DNA from: Coprothermobacterota bacterium
GTDB taxonomy: Bacteria > Caldisericota > JANLFM01
Direction: 5' to 3'
Length of the DNA: 64,000 nucleotides
NCBI GenBank assembly: GCA_026389455.1
Contig: JAPLHV010000157.1
Location: 10,786-74,785 of the forward strand
Part shown: in pieces, positions 11,096-20,013 of the stretch
How the letters are laid out: every line of letters begins with the position of its first letter
Position numbering within the stretch: the stretch's first letter is position 1
Notes under the pieces: generated by a model
Told to the model about the DNA's origin: nothing
The model's input: only the letters and a program-made list of their open reading frames with translations
Database searches by the model: none
Translations under genes and position numbers: made by a program

Positions 11096-12022
11096 ATGAC
11101 TCTCGATCTGATCGTCAACCTTCTGTTTGCAACGCTCAACATCTTGCCGATTTATCTGATCGCTTCTTTGGGGGGATACCTTTCTCAACGCGTCGGCGTG
11201 TACGATATCAGCATGGAAGGCAACATGACCTTTGCCGCCGTGTTGGGAATCATTGGTTTTTTTGTCGCAGACTCGCCTTGGATGGGCTTACTATTCGGTT
11301 TCCTGGGCGGTGTATTCTTCGGTTTAATACTCGCGACATTGGCGGTGAGATTCAACTTAGATCAGATCGTCATTGGTTTTGGCTTATGGTTCCTCGGTCT
11401 CGGTCTTGGCAGTTTCCTCTATAAGCTCTATGTTCCCTCCGACCAGCATACCATCGGCTTTTCTACGCTCGGTCAGCTTGTCGGGTATAAAGGAGAGTTG
11501 ACCGGATTCGCACGTTTCCTGGAGTTGGATGTCATTTTCTATCTTTCCATCCTGCTCCTGATCATTATTTCACTGGTGGTTTACCGAACCAGACTGGGGC
11601 TTCAGATGAGAGCCACCGGAGAGAATCCTGCCGCCGCGGATGCTGCAGGAGTGAACATCTTCAGGATCCGCTATTTCACCATCTTGGTGGGCGCCGGCCT
11701 TGTCGGGATCGCCGGCGCATATCTGGCGGTTGCTTTTCTCCAAGGCTTCACTTCCGGGATGGTTGCCGGCCGCGGCTGGATCGCCTTTTCCATCGTGATA
11801 TTCGGACGCTGGAAACCATCGAACATCTTCTGGGGTTGCCTCTTGTTCGCTGGAATCAATGGATTGCAGGTAAGGCTACAAACCATCGGTGTGACGATTC
11901 CATCCGACTTAATGACCATGGCTCCCTATATCGTCACACTGATTGCATTGGTGATCATCATGTCAAGAAGCGGTAGATCCCGCATACCATCGGCATTGGG
12001 AATTCCGTACTATAGAGAATGA
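11096..12022 (+). CDS. ABC transporter permease (nucleoside type)
   Basis: GENPAAADAAGVN, GRGWIAF, PSALGIPY. Confidence 0.9.
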   Translation: MTLDLIVNLLFATLNILPIYLIASLGGYLSQRVGVYDISMEGNMTFAAVLGIIGFFVADSPWMGLLFGFLGGVFFGLILATLAVRFNLDQIVIGFGLWFLGLGLGSFLYKLYVPSDQHTIGFSTLGQLVGYKGELTGFARFLELDVIFYLSILLLIIISLVVYRTRLGLQMRATGENPAAADAAGVNIFRIRYFTILVGAGLVGIAGAYLAVAFLQGFTSGMVAGRGWIAFSIVIFGRWKPSNIFWGCLLFAGINGLQVRLQTIGVTIPSDLMTMAPYIVTLIALVIIMSRSGRSRIPSALGIPYYRE

Positions 12023-12103
12023 GAAAGAAAGGAGAGCATTGATTTTTGTTCCAATGGAAACACTTAGCAAGTTTGCCCAAAAACAAGGAGGAAAAGAAGG
12101 TAA

Positions 12104-14167
12104 ATGGGTAAAAAGACTGTAGTATTGCTGGTTACTTTGGTTTTGTTAGCAACATTCCTAATCGGATGCGCCGCTCCGGCGGCTACGCCAACTCCGACAG
12201 CTACTCAAACAGCTTCCTCGCCAACGCCGACTCCGACCTCAGCAAAACTGACACTTGCTGCAATCTTGTATGGCCACGCCAATGAAGGAACCTGGGATCC
12301 GGCTGGATACAAAGGAATCCTTTCAGTACAGGAGAAAATTCCCTTCGAGCTTAGCATGAGTGAAGCAGTGAGCTCCCAGGATGCTGAAAAAGTGATCCGC
12401 GATTGGGCTGCGCGAGGGACCAACATTGTTTTCGCCCACAGCGATACATACACCGATCAATTAATCACGGTGGCCGCCAATTTTCCCAATGTCTATTTCA
12501 TTGGTGAGTTCGGCATTGATCCCGCAGTGAAAGCCTCCGAACCAGACCAGGCGAAGTATCAAAAAGCCAATGCGCCAAAGAACCTCGTTTTCCTTGGCGA
12601 CACACCGGAGGAAGGCAACTATCTCGCTGGTTACGCAGCCGCATTATCGAGCAAGTCTGGCAAGATCGGGATCCTGCAACCTTTTGAATCCGGAACCATG
12701 AACCGTTACACCAACGCGTTCATTTATGGCGCCAAGGCTGCCAAACCAGACATCCAGACTCTCGTCGTCTATGTAGGTGATTACGTGGCGCCCGCTGAGA
12801 CGAGAGATGGCATCAAGAGCATGGCACAGCAGGGAGCGGATGTCATATTCACGGAGTTGGACGATAATTCGTCGATCCTGGAATGCGCCGCCCAGAAGAT
12901 CCAGTGCGTCGCCATGTATGTGGACAAGATGGATTTCGATCCAAAGACTGTCCTATCTTCCGTGGTTCAAGATTGGTCTGTTCAATTGATGAGCGCGGTT
13001 GAAGCAGTGCAAAAAGGCGCTTGGACTGCCTTCCGCCAGGCTAACTACTTCCAACCTCAAACGCTTTCCAATGGCTCCGTACACCTTGGCGCCTGGGGTA
13101 CTGCGGCAACGGAAGATGTGAAGAAAGCAGTCGCTGGCGTCGAAGCCAAGATCATCTCCGGGGAAATCAAGGTTCCTATGGACGATTCCAAGCCTCTCTC
13201 CGGCCCGAAATTGTCGGTAACAGCCATTCTTCCCGGCCAAGCCAATGAAGGCACCTGGTGTACAGCGATCATGGAAGGATTTGCTAATGCTCAGAAAGTC
13301 GTCGCGTTCGATCTCAACCTGAACGAAGCGACGGAAAATCAGGATGCCAACAAGGCAATGACGGACTGGGCCGGGCAAAATGTGAATGTGATCATGTGCC
13401 ACGGCAACCAATACACGGATTCCGCCATTGAGGTCGCCTCTCGTTTCCCCAATGTGTATTTTATCGGAGAGGCTTACATCGACCCAGATTCGATCGTCGG
13501 TGACCCAGCACAGGACAAGTACCAAAAAGCCAATACGCCAAAGAACTTTGTTCTCGCCGGCGTGACACCAGAGGTAGGGAACTACCTGGCCGGCTATGCG
13601 GCCGGGCTGATGAGCAAGTCAGGAATGGTGGGCGTCTTGCAACCGTTCGAAGCTGCGCCCTTGAATCGCCAGTCCAATGCGTTCATTTTCGGAGCCCAAG
13701 CAGCGAATCCCAACATCAAGTTCAGTGTCGTCTATATGGGCAATTATGTCGCTCCTGACTTAACCAGGGATGCCGTGAAGTCGTTAAAGGAACAAGGCGC
13801 AGACATCATTTTATCGGAAATGGATGACAACTCCGCCATCTTGGAATGCGCTGCCAATGGTATTTACTGCGTCACCCCTTGGGCAGAGAGACATGATCTC
13901 GACCCAAAGACGAATTTGGTCAGTGTTTTTACTGACTTCTCCGTAGCGCTGACAGGCGCCCTTGAGGCAATTCAAACGGGTACTTGGGATGCTTATCGGG
14001 AAAGCAACTATTTCACGCCTCAGACGTTGGCCAATGGTGGCACGAGACTTGGTGTTTGGGGAGATACCGTTCCGGAAGACGTCAAGACGAAAGTTGCAGC
14101 GATCGAGGCAAAGCTTAAGGACGGCAGCTTGAAGGTTGAATGGAGCACAGAAAAGCCAGCCCAATAA
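12104..14167 (+). CDS. BMP family lipoprotein substrate-binding protein with two tandem BMP domains
   Basis: Lipobox FLIGC, Pro/Thr linker, internal duplication (ANEGTW ... GNYLAGYAA ... QPFE twice). Confidence 0.85.
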   Translation: MGKKTVVLLVTLVLLATFLIGCAAPAATPTPTATQTASSPTPTPTSAKLTLAAILYGHANEGTWDPAGYKGILSVQEKIPFELSMSEAVSSQDAEKVIRDWAARGTNIVFAHSDTYTDQLITVAANFPNVYFIGEFGIDPAVKASEPDQAKYQKANAPKNLVFLGDTPEEGNYLAGYAAALSSKSGKIGILQPFESGTMNRYTNAFIYGAKAAKPDIQTLVVYVGDYVAPAETRDGIKSMAQQGADVIFTELDDNSSILECAAQKIQCVAMYVDKMDFDPKTVLSSVVQDWSVQLMSAVEAVQKGAWTAFRQANYFQPQTLSNGSVHLGAWGTAATEDVKKAVAGVEAKIISGEIKVPMDDSKPLSGPKLSVTAILPGQANEGTWCTAIMEGFANAQKVVAFDLNLNEATENQDANKAMTDWAGQNVNVIMCHGNQYTDSAIEVASRFPNVYFIGEAYIDPDSIVGDPAQDKYQKANTPKNFVLAGVTPEVGNYLAGYAAGLMSKSGMVGVLQPFEAAPLNRQSNAFIFGAQAANPNIKFSVVYMGNYVAPDLTRDAVKSLKEQGADIILSEMDDNSAILECAANGIYCVTPWAERHDLDPKTNLVSVFTDFSVALTGALEAIQTGTWDAYRESNYFTPQTLANGGTRLGVWGDTVPEDVKTKVAAIEAKLKDGSLKVEWSTEKPAQ

Positions 14168-14189
14168 TACCGGATCTACAAGGAATTCT

Positions 14190-14224
14190 CGTATCAAAGG
14201 CCTCGAACTGAGGCCTTTGATACG
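14190..14224 (+). terminator. Perfect 15-bp-stem hairpin after BMP gene (stabiliser or terminator)
   Basis: CGTATCAAAGGCCTC-GAACT-GAGGCCTTTGATACG; no clear U-tract. Confidence 0.6.
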
Positions 14225-14285
14225 TACGAGAAAAGATAGTGATCTCCAGTACAAAGCGTAAGCTAATTATTATTCGAGGTGAATC

Positions 14286-15311
14286 ATGAAAGCAGCAAGG
14301 CTTCATCCAGGAGAATCAAAGCTTAGATTGGAAGATGTTGAAAAGCCAGAGCCTTTGGCAGGATGTGCAATTATCAAGGTGAGAGCCGCTGGAGTCTGTG
14401 CAACGGAAACCCACTTCGTGGAAGGGTTGATCCCTGTAGGCGCCCCCTTGGTGTTGGGGCATGAAATCGCTGGAGACATCGAGTCGATCGATACGTCTAT
14501 TAAAACCTCCCTAAAAGCGGGAGATCGCGTTGCCGTATACAACATGATGAGTTGCGGTGATTGCTTCAACTGCCGCAATGACATGGAAAATATGTGCACA
14601 CAAGCTGCCGGCCAGCTTGGTTTCAATGCCGACGGAGGTTTTCAGGAGTATGTTCGGGCGCCAATACGTTCCTTGGTGGCCCTACCGGCCAACGTCTCAT
14701 ACGAGGAAGGCGCTGTTCACGCATGCTCCGGCATGACTGCCGTTCATGCGACACGGTTGGCCAGCACAAAGATCGGCGACATCGTCGGCGTACATGGAGT
14801 AGGGGGAGTCGGCCTGATGTGCATCCAGGTCGCCAAGCTCTGTGGCGCCAAAGTGATCGCCATCGCAGACTCAGAAGAGAAGGCCACTCTTGCCAAAGAG
14901 GTTGGCGCAGACGATGCGATTGTCTGTTCAAACTATGCGGCTTTGCCTGAAGCGATCAAGGAAGCAACCGCTGGCGCTGGCATGGATGTAGTCTATGATT
15001 TGGTCGGCAGCACAGTGGGATGGAATGCCATGGTCGATTCCTTGGCTTGCCGTGGGCGCTTGGTTATCATCGGCTATCGTAAGGAAGATATGCTTAATTT
15101 CTATCCTGTCGGCATGCTCTTGAAAGAAGGGCAAATCCTTACTTCCGTGGCTGGTTGCAAGCGAGACCTGGAGCTTTCGCTGCGTTATGCCGATGAAGGG
15201 CGAATTACCACCATTGTCGCCAATCGAGTTCCGCTGGAGATGGTGAATGAAGCGATTCAGTTGATCATTGACCGGAAGGTGAAGGGAAGAAGCGTTATCA
15301 CCACACCCTAA
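14286..15311 (+). CDS. Zinc-dependent alcohol dehydrogenase (MDR family)
   Basis: GHE motif, CGDCFNCR...C structural Zn site, GVGGVG. Confidence 0.9.
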   Translation: MKAARLHPGESKLRLEDVEKPEPLAGCAIIKVRAAGVCATETHFVEGLIPVGAPLVLGHEIAGDIESIDTSIKTSLKAGDRVAVYNMMSCGDCFNCRNDMENMCTQAAGQLGFNADGGFQEYVRAPIRSLVALPANVSYEEGAVHACSGMTAVHATRLASTKIGDIVGVHGVGGVGLMCIQVAKLCGAKVIAIADSEEKATLAKEVGADDAIVCSNYAALPEAIKEATAGAGMDVVYDLVGSTVGWNAMVDSLACRGRLVIIGYRKEDMLNFYPVGMLLKEGQILTSVAGCKRDLELSLRYADEGRITTIVANRVPLEMVNEAIQLIIDRKVKGRSVITTP

Positions 15312-15423
15312 ATCACGTTGGATATTCGCCATTTGATCTTGGCGTCTATTCCCGCTTTAATGGTTTTATCCCATAATGATTTGATCTCATCGCAGGAATG
15401 ATGAATCAAAAGAAGGAGAAATT

Positions 15424-16161
15424 ATGAGAAAAGCGATACCAGAGCAGGTTTCCCAGACGGAAATTACCTTCAAAGTAGAGGAAATTGAGGCAATACTCAG
15501 TCCGCCAGACATGGTCATTAAACCTTGGTCCCCGATGTACTGTGACCTTAAGCAGAAGGACGGCGCCAAGAAGACCATGTTGATCCGATCCATCGAGCGA
15601 GATGAGATTCCTCTCGTTCTCCCCTACATCAAGCGGTATATGGATATTGATCGAGACCTTTACGATGTGGTCGGCGCTCGCGTCTATGCTGAGTTATTGG
15701 CCATGTTACGGAATCGGATCAAAGATGAGTACTTCTTGATTGGAACGGTGGATGGCGAATTGGCGGGTATCGCCAATGGTCGTCTACTCAGTGAGAAGAT
15801 CAACATCAGCTTGCATACCATGGCCTTCATGCGGGGGATGAACGCAGGAGCTGTCCTGTATTATGCGAAGTGCGTCTATTGTTTCGAGGTTCTCCAACAG
15901 GAAGAGTTCTGGGCAACCTACGAAAGCTATAACGGTTGGAAAAGGTGGGGCATCGGCATGGCCTTGCCTACTTACCCATACCCGGATGTGCAACACGAAT
16001 TGGGTGGCGCCCGTGTTTTCTACCTCACGCGCAAGTACTGGGATGCCTATATCCGTGAGTACACCAAACAATTGGCTGGGACGGAGCTTCTACCCAATCC
16101 GCTACCGGAATTGTTAGAAAAAAACAAACAGCTCATCATTCCAACAGAAATCCTTGTCTAA
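15424..16161 (+). CDS. Hypothetical protein, possibly GNAT-like fold
   Basis: 245-aa ORF with AAGGAG RBS; FLIGTVDGELAG strand pattern is GNAT-like; no family recognised with confidence. Confidence 0.6.
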   Translation: MRKAIPEQVSQTEITFKVEEIEAILSPPDMVIKPWSPMYCDLKQKDGAKKTMLIRSIERDEIPLVLPYIKRYMDIDRDLYDVVGARVYAELLAMLRNRIKDEYFLIGTVDGELAGIANGRLLSEKINISLHTMAFMRGMNAGAVLYYAKCVYCFEVLQQEEFWATYESYNGWKRWGIGMALPTYPYPDVQHELGGARVFYLTRKYWDAYIREYTKQLAGTELLPNPLPELLEKNKQLIIPTEILV

Positions 16162-16168
16162 AGAAGAG

Positions 16169-16208
16169 GCTCAGGCAGTCTTCCTGAATGGGGGGGGGCT
16201 GCCTGAGC
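16169..16208 (+). terminator. GC-rich hairpin
   Basis: GCTCAGGCAG...CTGCCTGAGC inverted repeat just after the stop codon. Confidence 0.5.
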
Positions 16209-16263
16209 ATTCCCAGGGACAAGAGGGTCTGGTCATAATGGTTCGATCAAGTGGAGGAAAATA

Positions 16264-17805
16264 GTGGACGAGCTTATTAGACAATTGGCTGAACAGAAGA
16301 AGAAGATAACGGAGGGCATGGGGGAAAAAGCAGCGGAAAGCCGGCACAAAAAGGGCCAGCTTACGGCGCGTGAGCGGATCGAACGGCTATTGGATCCCGG
16401 ATCCTTTCAGGAGCTGGATCGGTTCGTAAAAACACGGTCTACCTACTTTGGGTTGGATAAGAAAGATATCCCCGCAGAAGGGGTGATTACTGGATTAGGT
16501 TTGGTGAATGGCCGGCGTGTCGCCTTGTCTGCCCAGGACTTCTCCGTTTTAGGTGGTTCAATAGGGGAGATGCATGGTCTGAAAATGATGAATATGCAGG
16601 ATCTTGCTCTGAAAATGGGCATTCCCTTTCTTTGCTTGAACGATTCAGGCGGCGCTCGCATTCAAGAGGGAATCGATTCATTGATGAGCATCGCTGAAGT
16701 GATGAAGCGAAACAGCCTTGCCTCTGGCGTAATACCTCAAATTTCGATGGTGTTGGGTCCGGTGGCAGCCGGAGCAGCCTATTCGCCATCCCTGATGGAT
16801 TTCGTGATAATGACTGAGATTGCCACGATGTACATTACCGGCCCCGACGTACTGGAAGCGGTAACGGGTCAGAAAACGACTCACGAGCAGTTGGGTGGAG
16901 GAATGGTTCACAATCAACTGAGCGGAGTAGCTCATTTCCTCACCAAAGACGACAGTGCAGCGATTTCCTTAGTAAAGAAGCTTTTATCTTTTCTTCCAGA
17001 CAATTATCTGCATGAATCCCCACTATCTCCGAATCAGGATTCAATCAGTCGAGTGGATGAATCGTTGCGGGTTATCGTTCCTGCAAATCCCTCTAAATCC
17101 TATGATGTGAAGGAAGTGATCCACCGGTTCGTCGATCTTAGCGATTTCCTGGAAGTCCACGCACTCTTTGCACCAAACGCGGTCGTTGGGTTCGCTCGAT
17201 TGGGGGGGCGAGCCGTCGGGATCGTGGCTAATCAGACCCAATACCGGGCCGGAGCTATGGATATCAATGCGTCCGATAAGATCGCTCGCTTCGTCCGTTT
17301 CTGCGATTGTTTCAATATTCCCCTGATCACGTTGGTGGATACGCCAGGATTCTTCCCCGGTATCGAACAAGAGCATGGCGGCATCATTCGGCATGGCGCC
17401 AAAGTACTCTTTGCCTACAGTGAGGCGACAGTGCCAAAGATTACCTTGATTCTTCGCAAAGCTTATGGTGGAGCTTACATAGCCATGTGCTCGAAGCACT
17501 TAGGGGGCGATCTATCTTTCGCCTACCCGACAGCAGAGGTTGCGGTGATGGGCGCTGAAGGAGCTGTCAATATCTGTTTCCGCAAAGAGATCGCCGAGGC
17601 AGCTGATCCGGCGCAAGCCCGAAAAGAGAAAATCGAGCAATACCGATCGCAGTTTTCCAATCCCTTCCGAGCTGCTGAGCGCAGTTATGTTGATGATATC
17701 ATCGACCCGAAAGATACGAGGCCGGTGTTGGCAAGCGCTTTGGAGTTTCTCCGCTCCAAGAGCGTCGAGGCGCCCGATAAGAAGCACAGCAATATGCCCT
17801 TATAG
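16264..17805 (+). CDS. mmdA: Acyl-CoA carboxyltransferase (methylmalonyl-CoA decarboxylase alpha-like)
   Basis: DSGGARIQEG, IIRHGAK, RKAYGGAY, KKHSNMPL; followed by delta, biotin-carrier and beta genes. Confidence 0.8.
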   Translation: MDELIRQLAEQKKKITEGMGEKAAESRHKKGQLTARERIERLLDPGSFQELDRFVKTRSTYFGLDKKDIPAEGVITGLGLVNGRRVALSAQDFSVLGGSIGEMHGLKMMNMQDLALKMGIPFLCLNDSGGARIQEGIDSLMSIAEVMKRNSLASGVIPQISMVLGPVAAGAAYSPSLMDFVIMTEIATMYITGPDVLEAVTGQKTTHEQLGGGMVHNQLSGVAHFLTKDDSAAISLVKKLLSFLPDNYLHESPLSPNQDSISRVDESLRVIVPANPSKSYDVKEVIHRFVDLSDFLEVHALFAPNAVVGFARLGGRAVGIVANQTQYRAGAMDINASDKIARFVRFCDCFNIPLITLVDTPGFFPGIEQEHGGIIRHGAKVLFAYSEATVPKITLILRKAYGGAYIAMCSKHLGGDLSFAYPTAEVAVMGAEGAVNICFRKEIAEAADPAQARKEKIEQYRSQFSNPFRAAERSYVDDIIDPKDTRPVLASALEFLRSKSVEAPDKKHSNMPL

Positions 17806-17816
17806 AAAGCAGGCAG

Positions 17817-18167
17817 ATGATGCAATTTGTGACCTTGTGGGACGGAGTTCTCCTTTCCCTTATCGGGATGGTCAGCGTATTTGGCGTACTGGCAATCCTC
17901 GGAGCGATTCTCACCCTCTTTCGATACATATTTTACCGGCCTTCCCCTCAAGCCGGATCGTCAATCGTTGAGACAGCACCTCCCCAATCAACCATAGGTT
18001 TACACTTCAGCAAGACGAAAATGGCAGCGATCATGGCCGCAGTCTCCGCTGGCCTCGAGCAACAACCCAAGGCGGACACGATAGAACAGGGGACAACAAC
18101 CGTAGTATCTCGTCCGCATCGCAAATCCTTCAAAATGATCAAGATGGAGCGCTGGAATCGTGATTAG
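17817..18167 (+). CDS. OadG/MmdD family decarboxylase anchor subunit
   Basis: N-terminal TM (IGMVSVFGVLAIL), AAIMAAV motif, operon position. Confidence 0.8.
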   Translation: MMQFVTLWDGVLLSLIGMVSVFGVLAILGAILTLFRYIFYRPSPQAGSSIVETAPPQSTIGLHFSKTKMAAIMAAVSAGLEQQPKADTIEQGTTTVVSRPHRKSFKMIKMERWNRD

Positions 18168-18552
18168 AAAGTTCAAAGTGAAAGTGGAAGATGAAGTATT
18201 TCTGATTGAGGTGGAAGAGTTAGATAAGGATAAAGTTATCCAAAAGGAGACAGTGAAACCAGTTAGCGAGGTGATTGCGCCTCCTCCAATTCCACAAGTT
18301 ATAAGTGCACCACCAAAAACCCCGAAAATCGCGGCAGCGCCTGGCGTCATTACCGCGCCCCTTCCCGGGAAAATTAACACTATTGCAGTAAAAAGCGGTG
18401 ACGCGCTCAAACGCGGCAACCTGCTTCTACTGATTGAAGCGATGAAGATGGAAAACGAGTTATTTGCTCCCTATGACTGCACCGTCAAGAAGGTTTTCGT
18501 GTCTGTTGGTCAGATGGTGGAGATGGGAGAGCAGTTGCTGGAGATCGGATAA
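18160..18552 (+). CDS. Biotin carboxyl carrier protein (MmdC-like)
   Basis: EAMKMEN biotinylation motif, Pro/Ala linker. Confidence 0.92.
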   Translation: MIRKFKVKVEDEVFLIEVEELDKDKVIQKETVKPVSEVIAPPPIPQVISAPPKTPKIAAAPGVITAPLPGKINTIAVKSGDALKRGNLLLLIEAMKMENELFAPYDCTVKKVFVSVGQMVEMGEQLLEIG

Positions 18553-18558
18553 TCAGAG

Positions 18559-19677
18559 ATGGATGCAATCATCCGCTTGTCCCAAATAACCGGCTTCTCT
18601 GCGTTGACCTGGCAACAGGGGGTTATGATCCTGGTAGGGTTGCTGTTCGTATTCCTGGCCATCTTCAAGAAAACCGAGCCTTTATTGTTGTTGCCGATTG
18701 GCTTTGGTTGCGTCCTTGCCAATCTTCCCCTCACAGGGATTCTGGATGCTCCCTCCGGCATCATCTATCTGCTGCTGCACTTCGGCGTGGAATCCGAGTT
18801 CTTCCCGTTGTTGATTTTTCTTGGGTTGGGAGCGATGACCGATTTCGGCCCCTTGATCGCCAACCCGTGGACCATTCTGATGGGAGCGGCCGCACAATTT
18901 GGTGTATTCGTCGCCATGCTTTTCGCCCAGCTGCTCGGTTTCTCCATTTTGGAAGCCGCTTCCATAGGCATCATCGGCGGGGCAGATGGGCCGACTACCA
19001 TCTATGCAGCCGTTGCTCTGGCGCCTCATCTCCTGGGAACCGTGGCCTTGGCTGCCTACACCTACATGTCGCTGGTGCCAATTATCCAGCCTCCAATCAT
19101 GCGACTTCTCACTACCAAGAAAGAACGCTCCGTGGTGATGGCTCAGTTAAGGCCGGTCTCGAGGGTTGAAAAAGTCCTCTTCCCGATCGTCGTTACGATC
19201 GTCGTCAGCCTGATATTTCCTGCAGTTGGCCCCCTCATCGGTATGTTTATGCTTGGAAACATTCTCAAGGAATCCGGGGTTGTTGAACGATTGGCCAATA
19301 CCGCTGCCAACGATTTGATCAACATCGTCACCATCTTCCTCGCGACCAGCGTTGGAGCGACCATGCAGGGAGATACCTTCCTTACCACCAAGACCTTGGG
19401 CATCGTTCTTCTCGGCTTGATCGCTTTTGCCTTCAGCACAGCCGGCGGTGTTTTGCTGGGAAAACTTTTCTACATAGTGACGCGAGGCAAGGTGAACCCC
19501 TTGATCGGGTCGGCAGGCGTTTCCGCAGTGCCAATGGCCGCGAGGGTATCGCAGCGCGAAGGCCAACGGGAAAACCCAGGGAATTTCCTATTGATGCATG
19601 CCATGGGTCCCAATGTGGCCGGTGTAATCGGCACAGCCGTGGCTGCGGGTGTGTTTTTAGCGTTATTGGGTCGATAA
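18559..19677 (+). CDS. Na+-translocating decarboxylase beta subunit (OadB/MmdB)
   Basis: EPLLLLPIGFG, IIGGADGPT, HAMGPNVAGVIG. Confidence 0.93.
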   Translation: MDAIIRLSQITGFSALTWQQGVMILVGLLFVFLAIFKKTEPLLLLPIGFGCVLANLPLTGILDAPSGIIYLLLHFGVESEFFPLLIFLGLGAMTDFGPLIANPWTILMGAAAQFGVFVAMLFAQLLGFSILEAASIGIIGGADGPTTIYAAVALAPHLLGTVALAAYTYMSLVPIIQPPIMRLLTTKKERSVVMAQLRPVSRVEKVLFPIVVTIVVSLIFPAVGPLIGMFMLGNILKESGVVERLANTAANDLINIVTIFLATSVGATMQGDTFLTTKTLGIVLLGLIAFAFSTAGGVLLGKLFYIVTRGKVNPLIGSAGVSAVPMAARVSQREGQRENPGNFLLMHAMGPNVAGVIGTAVAAGVFLALLGR

Positions 19678-20013
19678 ATACTCCGATTCACAACCCTTAG
19701 GAATCATCCATCAGGATTTTTGGAGCTATTTGATGGCACGAGGTTTGTATTGCAAGAAAAGCTACCTGCTAGGAAGGCAGACCGATGCGAGCTGCATCAA
19801 GCCTTCCTAGCTGGACGCTCGCTTGAACGCAGTGGTTGTGTATCCTGACAATGTGTCAAAAACGAGGAATACCGAAGAGTATACTTTCTTCCTAAGGAGA
19901 GCTTGGGAACAGAGCAGTTCAGTGATTTCTTCCCCTCGAATCTCATGCACTTTCCACCGCTCCTTTTATCTGAAACCATGCGCTCCAACCGGCGCAAGGA
20001 GGAATAACCAGCA

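Noticed and set aside
19680..20013. Na+ or other riboswitch upstream of the antiporter (also 23242-23448)
   Set aside because: Plausible by context, but I could not match a consensus by eye; needs an Rfam scan
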